Shown piece after piece: positions 53,055 to 64,000 of a stretch of 64,000 nucleotides of DNA. The stretch's first letter is position 1. The number at the start of each line of letters is the position of its first letter. The translations under genes were made by a program, and so were the position numbers. A model generated the notes under the pieces. The model searched no databases and was not told where the DNA came from. It saw nothing but the letters and a program-made list of their open reading frames with translations. The DNA is from the human T2T-CHM13v2.0 reference genome, Homo sapiens: NCBI RefSeq assembly GCF_009914755.1, contig NC_060934.1; one strand, written 5' to 3'.

Positions 53055-53745
53055 GGGTCGCGGAGCCCCCCTTCCTGGCAAAGTGCTGCGCGGTCACAGC
53101 TGGGGCCAGGGGAGCGGGGGCCAGGAGAGCGGAGGCGGCGGGGCGCTCCTGGAGGATCTGGGCTACTTGGGCGCTGGGGAGGTGCCGCTAGCGGGGCCGC
53201 CAGGTCGCGCGGGGAGGGAGGGCTGGGAGGCCACGGGGGTCGTCCGCGAAGAGGGAGCCACAGGCACGGGGCGCATCGCCGCGGCCCCCAGGGCCCAGGA
53301 GCGAGAGGTAGGGGAGCCTAGAGCCAGAGGGCGGCGGCGAGAGCTGGAGCCGCCTTCAAAGGACGCCCTCGCCCTCCCGCAGGCGCCGGCGCCCGGCCCA
53401 GCCCGAGCCATCAGAGGGCTGTCCGCCGAGCTGAGCCCGGGGAGGGCTGGGCTGCCCAGCTGATCACAGGCTTTCTACTGGGTTGCGGGTTCTCCGGCCC
53501 CGGCACCCTCCCGCGCCGGGGCCGCCCACCCACAAGCCCTGCCCGGAAGGCGTGTGCGGCCAGGAAGGCGGGGCCTGGTGTCCTCAGGGCTCTGGCGCCA
53601 AGTTCAGAGCCGCGCGCTGGGCGCTTGGCGGTGGCGGCCGCGTCTGCACCTCCTCCCTGCGCGCCGCCTGACAGCCTGGGAGAGAAGCGCCCTCAGGTCG
53701 GCCAAGACCAAGACCGAGAGCAAGCGGGCGCGGGCAGCGGGGTCC
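53055..53745. promoter_or_regulatory. CpG island / candidate promoter
   Basis: ~700 bp of very GC- and CpG-rich non-repeat sequence with GC-box-like motifs (GGCGGGGC, CCGCCC). Confidence 0.75.
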
Positions 53746-54671
53746 ATCTCATTTCCACTGCCTTTCCCCACAGTAGCGCTCTTGAGTCCTGACTTTGGCT
53801 GTTGGGTCCTTCCCTTCCCTCTGTCGCCAGCTTCCTCCCGCATTCTCCCAGGTCCTCTCTGAGTCCCATTCCTGTTCCTGTCCCCTGCCTTTCTGCCTCT
53901 TGTCTCCTTGTCCCATCCTGTTTCTTTCTCCTCTCATCTCTCCCTTTTTCTTGTGTCTGCTTTATTGGCTATTTCTCTGTCTTGTCTCTTTTCCCTCTCT
54001 CACTGTCTTTTTCTCTCTCCCTATCCTCCGCTCATTTTTTGCAAGCAAGAATTCTCCCTTTGATTTATTTTTCTCCTAGAGAGACATGTTGGGCCGCGGT
54101 TCTCTTCATCCACCCATCCCTCCGTTCATGACATATTGCTCCATTATCTTCTTGGGCTGGCTGCTAGGGTAAGAACCATGCATCAGACCCAGATCCTTTC
54201 TCCAATAGATTATATCCAAAGATCTGGACATGTAACCTGTTCAGTGCCTTTTCTGGGGGAAAATACATAGATGATCAAATTATGAATCTCTGACTTTTCA
54301 GAGTTACCTGAAAGAAAACATCTGGTTTTAGAATCACAGCTTGATTGCATTCTTTCCTTGACCTTTTGCCTTTTACTAATAGGCACAGACATTGCAGGAG
54401 TAAGCTAAGCCTCGCAGAAGCATTTAAGGGACACTCACACCTTCTGTGCAATGCCAGGTGCAGGGGAGGGAGGGGGCAGGATACAGAGCTGGGTTGTGGG
54501 AAGACAGTGGGAGGCCAGGGCTTTGAACCTGAAACATTTGAGGAAGCCTGGAAATAAGAAAATAACAGTAAATTTCTAAAATATGTAGTTGCCCATGCCA
54601 CTGATGTACGGAAATGAAGTTGCCTAATTACTCCTGAGAGTGACATGAGACATTTTATAACAATAATTCTA

Positions 54672-54975
<304 letters not shown>

Positions 54976-56488
54976 TCACCCACTCAGATGCCTGAGACTG
55001 TGCAGAAGCAGGGCCAGTGAAAGCAGAGGGCAGATCCAGCAGTGCTTCAAGGGGCCCTGCTATGCGGATTTAGAGTCGGCCATGGACATGGCTGAAGATG
55101 GCCAGGACATAGAACAGGGAGCAACAGCAGTACTCATTGCCCGTTGGCAAACAACGCCATATTGCTATACTTTCTGATAATCATGCTTAAGCAATTGGGG
55201 AATTCAGACTAGCTGGGATCAAACTATGGCCCCACCCTTAGCAGTCATGTGACCTTGGGGAGGTTACTTACCTTCTCTGTCTCAACAACTTCTGCAAAAT
55301 CTGTAACATGAGATTGTTTCTGAGGGTTAAATGAGCATAGCACAGTGGGGACACTGTCAGGCACACACTACTTGCCAGATGTCGAGTATTCATCTTTATT
55401 GAAATAGGACTGTGGTAAGCCACTTTATGGCTCTCGATTTTGTATGAGAAAATCATGCTTAGTGCCTTGTTAGTAAAAGAAAGAAAACCTGAAAGTCCCT
55501 GCCACGGAAGGAAGAAATAGCGGGGAGAAAAGGGAGTTGGTAAGTTTCAGCATTTCAGAGCTTGGAGGGGCAAGTTAGGTTTCTATTTTATGGAGAAGGA
55601 GGTGGAGGCAGGATGGGTCCTAAGGTGTCATTCAAAACACACAGCCATAACTCTTTATTGAGAGTAGAGCTAGGGCCCCAGGGATTGCTGTGGTCAAGTT
55701 GCGGACAAAAATGACCACTCGTTGGAAGACAGGAGAGGAGTGTTTAGTTACAAAAGCAGTCAACAATTCAGGTGTATCTATATTCAGTTAGCAAATAAAA
55801 GTTGTTCAACTTGGTTGCTAATGGGACCCACTCTACTGAGGCTTTGTATAGAACTCATAGAGGAAGCTGGCTTCGAGGAATGAACTACCCTTTGCTTTTC
55901 TTAGGACTAAAATCTCAGGAAGCTGGTGATGAATGAAAACCTTAGTCAATGGCACTGCACGAGGGGCCAGGAGAGCAGCAGCATCATAAGCCGCAGGGTG
56001 GGGCAGCCAAGGCAGGGGCATTCTGAGCTGTTGGGGAGGGGTGGCAGGCAGGGTGGGGCACTGTGAGGTGTCGGGGAGGGCATTGTGAAGTGTGGGGTGG
56101 GGCATTGTGTGCCACATGCCTGGGCTCCCACCTGGGGCCAGTGGGCTTCAGTCTGTAGGTGACTACAGAAGGAGGAGGAGCTCCGTCTGTTCTCTCTTCA
56201 GGCAGTTGTTGTGTCTCTCAGTGCTTGTTGGGTTCACAACCTATTAAATAAGCCGGCTGGTCTTCACCCTCCCAGACAAGTCAACTCAGGGGAGGCAGCA
56301 GGGTGCGGGCCTTGGCCCGCAGCCCTAGCCGGGGCCGGGGCCAGGGCTGGTGCCCGGGGCCTCGCTGTGAGGTGGGCAGGCGAGGAGCGGGAAGACCATC
56401 TCTGCAAGTGCAGCATAGCCTCGGCCTAGGACAGCGGGAGTGCGTGGCCAAAGCTGTGAGCAGAGGCACAGGTGGTGGCAGACAGTAG

Positions 56489-56767
<279 letters not shown>

Positions 56768-57068
56768 TGAGGCATCCCCCACTTCGAGCTCCTTTCTGCT
56801 TGTAGCCAGCTTTCCCGGGAGCTGGCCAGGAACAAAAGCTGGCTCTGCCTTGAATTCCCACCCCTTAGTCTTTCCCCACCGAGTCCAGTCAGTTTCTTTT
56901 CGCCTCCCCTCCCAATCGCCCAGTTCTTGCTCTCTCATCTCATTCTCCCAGGCTGGCATGGGACCATTTATTTATGGCTCTTGTCGAATAAGCAGCAGTT
57001 GAATAAATGAGTTGATAAATTTTTATAAATGATTACATCTTTTTTCTTTTCTCCCTCTATACACATAG

Positions 57069-57137
57069 CTTTGGAGTTTAACCTTTCTGCCAATCCAGAG
57101 GCAAGCACAATATTACAGAGGAACTCTCAAACAGATG
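57069..57137 (+). CDS. AGAP7P: AGAP-family coding exon 2 (69 nt)
   Basis: tag|CTTTGGAG...ACAGATG|gtgag; [23 protein letters not shown]. Confidence 0.85.
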
Positions 57138-57628
57138 GTGAGACAACAGTGTCTGTAGCTCTGTTTATTATCCTGTGGGACTTTGTTTAGGCTTCTTTGA
57201 GCTATTCTCTTCCTTTTCTCAATAAAAACTCAAATATCCCAACTTTTCAGTACCCATCTTATTTTTTCTTTGTACCTATCCAGATGGTACCTAAGTGAAG
57301 GAACCAGGTAAGTGCCTAATTGTTTCCTTTGTTAAAGTAGCCAAATCTCAAGACAGTTCCTATTCAAATATTTGGGGATTTCTTATTTAAAATCAGAATG
57401 GAGTTTGCCACGGGAGAGGCTATATGGTATTCTTAATGGGCTGCTTTAAGTCACCTTGATAGAAGCTGCTTAGTTTCTTCTAACTGTAATTTGAACACAG
57501 AAGGAAAAAGAAAAAAGGAGAGTGCTTAAAATAATTGTGAAAGGTGTAAAATGTCACAGCCGGGGCTGCAGAAAAATGGTTGTGTGTGTGTGTTTGGGGT
57601 TTCTCAAAGGAGTTTACCTATGAAGCTC

Positions 57629-57660
57629 TTTTCTGTTAAAGTTCTTACTTTAACAGAAAA
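57629..57660. repeat. Perfect inverted repeat, 14-bp arms and 4-nt loop
   Basis: TTTTCTGTTAAAGT-TCTT-ACTTTAACAGAAAA. Confidence 0.95.
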
Positions 57661-57909
57661 TGTGTCTCCAGATTTGTTCTGGTGACTTAACAGACTTTAT
57701 TTACCTCCTTGTTCTAAAAGAGAGGTGGGGATTGGTTCATGGTCAAAACTTTCAAAAGACATGAAATGTCAATGTAGACTTTTAATGTGTAATATAAAGA
57801 TTGCAGGTTAAAATGTCAGACCTTCCCTGTAAGAGTGTTTGTTGCCGTGGCTCCCCCTTTGTCCCTTCCCCTCCTGACAATAGCATCTTGTTCAAAGATA
57901 AGAAAGTTA

Positions 57910-58056
<147 letters not shown>

Positions 58057-58099
58057 TTAGCTGGGCGTAGTGGCGCATGACTGTAGTTCCAGCTACTCA

Positions 58100-58237
<138 letters not shown>

Positions 58238-59394
58238 TTAGTCTCTACACTGCTGGCAGAGGCAGGGGATGGGAGCCGGTAGAAAAGAGAAAACAATTAG
58301 TTGGTTTGCCTCTAAAATTTTGCAAAGAGATGAATCTAAGTAAAAGTAATTCTGGGTAATAATATGGTTCTTGAATAAAAACTGAAATTTTCAAAATAGA
58401 AAACATTGCATCATAAACATATTAAATCCAGTAGGCTTATTGGTTTCATTTAAATGCCAGAGATTTCATTACTGTAGAGGAAATGTCTTATAGCTCTTCT
58501 ATTTAAACTTTGGTCGGGCTCTTAATTTTTAAAGAGGTAGGATAATTAAGACTCATTATGAGTGTGACTTTGTAACTTGGAAGTACTATCTTCACATTTC
58601 AAGATATTTAAGGATTGCTTTAGAATAAACAAATGCATTATGTGAATTAATTGATTGTACCTTTATACACAAAGCATGTAAGTACTTGTGTAAACTTATA
58701 CTCTGCTTGGTGATGTTCGGAAAGCCTGATGGATGTTACACACCAGTTAGTAGATGGCTAGTGTTGGATGAGAGCCCAAAAATGGCTCTTTATTGTCATT
58801 CTTTAGGATTACAACACAGTTTATGTATGTCTCACTTGGCCCTTTCCAATACAAATAAGGCCTGTGTATGTTCTCCCTATGTATTGCTAATGAAGAAATG
58901 AAAACTTAGAGATATCACATGACTATGGAAGACAGCTACTCAAGAGAACTAAGGTTCTGTGTCCTCAGAATGAAATGGAAGTGACAGATATGATGAATTT
59001 ACTTTTTAAAAATTTTAAAAACTCTAGAATACATCTTATATTTTGCCTATAAAATAGACCTGTCTTTTAAAACTTACTGCCATCTTGATTTATTTTATGC
59101 ATAGTTGATTTTACACAACTCAAAGCCAAAATTTACCTCTTCTTCTTTTTTTTTTTTTTTTAATAAAGGAGGGTGTCATTGTGTTACTCATGCTGGCCTC
59201 AACTTCCTGACCTGGGTTCAAGTGATTTTCCCATCTCAGCCTCCTGAGTAGCTGGGACTACAAGCATGTGCCATCTTGCCTGGCTCTATCTTATGTCTAT
59301 ACATTCATTTCAATGGATAAGAATCAAAGTAGAGATAGTGAAATAGCCTAAATGCAGCAGTCGAATAAACGAGTTGATAAATTTTTATCAATGA

Positions 59395-59550
<156 letters not shown>

Positions 59551-60289
59551 TGATCAGGTTATAGAAAGTATTTAGAAAAACTCATATTGGTTTAAATTTT
59601 TCACCTTTTCACATGTTCATTTTCTTATTTTAATATGTGATATACTTTCCTTTAGTTGTTATGATGTTAGTGAAAACGTGTAACCTTTTTGTTTATACAT
59701 TTTGCCATCTTTTTATCAACACAATTAATTTGTGATGTGATGGAGGAGTCATGGATTTCTCTTTATAATTCTTGGATTTATCTTTATTTATAATTAATGG
59801 ATTTATCTTTATTTATAATCCCTTTTCCCTTGCTCCAAAAAGTACATTTTAAAGATGAATGATAGAACTTAGGCTTCAGCTTGGTTTTCATTTAAACAAA
59901 TTAAAAAACATAGTTGTTTATCATCAGGGATTGAATCTGTGATTTGGGCCTCCTCTTACACAGTCCTCTGACCACATTCATTTACCACATCCAAGTTTAC
60001 GCTACTCAAAAGTTTTAGGTTATTAACTTTTTCATTTGATATAATGTAAATTTAAACATGCCTTACTCCTGCTTATTTCCCTTAATGTTATGTTAAATCC
60101 TCATTTATTTGCCAACAAGCCATACACAGCCAAGTTTTCCAGTTGACTTAAACAGCAAGAACACAAGTGAGGGTTCTATAATAGTGTGCGAAGTAATGCA
60201 GCACAGTAAAACACGGGAGTTTGCAACCTTTGTTTTTATAGTTTGAGTAGACTTTGCCATCTTGAGTCAGTTATTTCTGGTTAGAATTT

Positions 60290-60996
<707 letters not shown>

Positions 60997-61408
60997 AGAA
61001 TTGTATTTCCCAGTTCCTTCCAGAGGCATGGGCTTCTCACACCTAGAGAGCATGGAAGCAGTAAAAGAAAAGCTATTCCATGTCCCTCACTCTTCGGTGG
61101 TAGTAACTTTTGCCTACAAGGCCCTCCCAGCATCAAAGGCAGAGGCAGTGTAGGAAACAAAGCATGGCCCAAGTCCCTCTTGGGGCTTTTATTATTCTGG
61201 CCTCTTTTTAGGGAAAAAAAAAATGATTTTTTGTGCTGCAGACACCATGTCCAATTAGGTTTGTATACTTATTTTAACATCAAAATTTAGGCCAGGCTCT
61301 GTGGCTTACACCTGTAATCCCAACTCTTTGGGAGGTTGAGGTGGGTGGATCACGAGGTTAGGAGATCAAGACCATCCTGGCTAACACAGTGTAACTCTGT
61401 CTCTACTA

Positions 61409-61599
<191 letters not shown>

Positions 61600-62146
61600 T
61601 TACTTTCCAGTTGTGTAAAGACCATTTTTTAATTTTGTTTTGTTTTTAGTGACATATTAGTAGATAACCACTAAGTGTGGTTCAAGATGCTTACAGGGAT
61701 TCTGTTGCATCTAGAGATAGGTGTCTGGTCAGGAAGTAGTTTTTAGAACTGTTAGCTCTTAGAGTCTGATAATTAAAGTAAGCTATGTGTAAATGCAGAA
61801 TGAGAGAATACTAATGGATCATGGCTCATATATGCAACAGTTAAACTTTTTATTAGCTAAATTTTTCATCTGGCCTAATTTTTTTGCCCTTTTCTTTTGT
61901 ACATGAGGATTCTTTCATTTGTATGTAATAGAAACAAAAAGTAAACTAAATGAAAATCTAAGTTTTTAGATTTGACTTATGAAATTAATCATGCCAGATA
62001 ATTTAAATTATATGTTATTGAAAAAAATTTTTTTTAATGGAATTTTGTCTCATTTTTCATAGGAGTAATCAGTAAGATGTTAACAACTACTTTTATTTTA
62101 TGGTATTTGTATCAGAAGTGACCAGTTTTTTTTTTTTTATTCTTAG

Positions 62147-62181
62147 TTGTAGAAATAAGAAGAAGCAACTGTACAAACCAT
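62147..62181 (+). CDS. AGAP7P: AGAP-family coding exon 4 (35 nt); the gene continues beyond the window
   Basis: Poly-T tract, ttag|TTGTAGAA...AACCAT|gtaagt; VVEIRRSNCTNH. Confidence 0.85.
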
Positions 62182-62603
62182 GTAAGTAAACACTCAAATA
62201 GTTAAGAAATTGACAGTTTGACATAAAAGGATGTCTCTCTTGATTTCTTTAAATTACAATGTGGACCTGGTGGTGGTAGCATGGACCTCTTTTTGTGGAT
62301 TTTCTAAATCTCTTCTATTTTCCTGAGTGTTAAATTTATCCAGAAAAGTGCTTAGTTTAGCGTGTCCACCTTTTAAAGATTTCTGACATTTAAGTTAAAT
62401 TTCAATAGTCCGGTTCAAAAGATCTGCCTTAAGGCTGGGCATGGTGGCTAACGTCTGTAATCACAACACTTTAGGAGGCCGAGGCAGGCTGATCATCTGA
62501 GGTCAGGAGTTTGAGACAACCCTGACCAACATGGTGAAATTCTGTATCTACTAAAAATACAAAAGTAGCTGGGCGTGGTGGTGCATGCCTGTAATCTCAG
62601 CTA

Positions 62604-62733
<130 letters not shown>

Positions 62734-64000
62734 TTAAATATTTAATCTTATTTTTAATGAAAGAACAAAAATAGAATAGCTAAGTTAATTGCCAGCACTG
62801 TCTATTGACTTTCTGTCACAGCAGGTAAAAGCATACCTTCCCCGCTACACCATGATCTTATGTTTCTCCCTGTGTTTCTTCCAATTGTAGCACACTTTTT
62901 AATTAAATCAGTAATATTTACATGATTATGACTCTGCAAATATTATTCACTGCTAAGTCATATGGTGTTTTCACTGTGCCTCTGCATTCCATGTCCTTCA
63001 TCCTGTCTCTGAAACAGTTCTGAAATCTGAGGACTTCTGCAATTCTCCTGGATCTTCTTTTTTCCTAGCCTATGTTAGTTTATCTATCCAAATATCGTTA
63101 AGTAGCCTCTGGGTGCTCTGTTTGCTTTCACATCCATTATTTTTTAGCATGAAGCTAATTTTCTGACTATATTCATTTGCCTGTTTTCTAACAGCTGTTT
63201 TCCCCCAAGTATTGTAGCATTTATCACATGCCTTTCAAAGATATTTTCCATCTGCGAAAACACATCTGTTCCTTTTTATGTTTGTGTGGGGGGCAACTTT
63301 CTTTGGCCTTTTGTCATCCTAGTTCAATATAGCGTGGGTTTCCCTAGATATGCTCAATGTCTGCTTTTCTGGGCTAACTCTTTAAAGTCTTTTGGTATCT
63401 CACGTAACTGCTGTCTTGTGTGGGATCGCCTGAGTCCTAGATTCTGTGTTTCCTTCTGTCCTGTTATCGTCTCTAGTTGTACTTGAACACATTTTCCTGT
63501 GTGGAGATGTTAAAATCCCTCCTCTTTGATAGAGAGTACACCTCTAGGTTGAATCTAAATTGTATGGTTCTGAAGACATTTTGCAGTTGTGCTCTTATTA
63601 CAGTGTTGTTCTTGAATCTATTGCCAGTGTGTGATACGTTATTTACAACCAGGTTTTAGTTATCTGCGGAAGCTTTTTAGAATCTCTCTCTCTAAGGTTC
63701 TGAAATTTTATAACAGCTTGTTGGGGATCTTTTCATTTTATTGAGGCTACTAAACCTGCAGACTATCTCTTCTTGAGAATTTTTTTTTATTTTCTCTGTT
63801 ACTTTTTTACTGATAGTCTTGTTATTCAGATGCTAGGCTGCTTAGACCAATACGCCTGCATTGATTTTTAATTTTTCCCCTTGTATTTTTTTCAGTTTGT
63901 CTTTTTATTCTAGTTCTGGGATATTCTGTGACTTTATCCTCTACTATTTCTATTGAATTTTATATTTTTTGAGAGTGTTTTAAGATTTTTTTTTAAAGTT

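Noticed and set aside
52837-53862. ORFs across the CpG island as ANTXRL-like exon 1 or a new gene
   Set aside because: No signal peptide or FDLYFILDK motif on the minus strand; composition explains the ORFs.

Overview
Primate genomic DNA, almost certainly human (it carries an AluYb8), dense in Alu, L1 and LTR elements. From recalled gene content it most likely lies at chr10q11.22 between MSMB and AGAP7P; this placement is inferred, not aligned. Gene-like content: (1) an intronless RGL4/RALGDS-like Ras-GEF pseudogene fragment (~7.3-7.6 kb, minus); (2) a processed RPL23A pseudogene (10.1-10.7 kb); (3) a decayed, intron-containing ANTXRL-like (anthrax toxin receptor-like) pseudogene on the minus strand, seven consecutive exons of 73/82/34/80/69/81/61 nt at 40955-45364, which the ORF track shows only as fragments and which is the most notable signal here; (4) a CpG island at ~53.1-53.7 kb; (5) the first four coding exons of an AGAP4-11 (CTGLF) family gene from 56498, with a cyclin-Y-like N-terminus and a duplicated 69-nt exon. 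Structural oddities include triple-nested LTRs, two short local inverted duplications, a telomere-like compound minisatellite, a tailless Alu at a probable duplicon junction and a perfect intronic hairpin. I see no evidence of a wholly new biological system; the best candidates are gene relics and mutational or regulatory signatures. All repeat subfamily names and paralogue comparisons are from memory and need RepeatMasker/BLAST confirmation.
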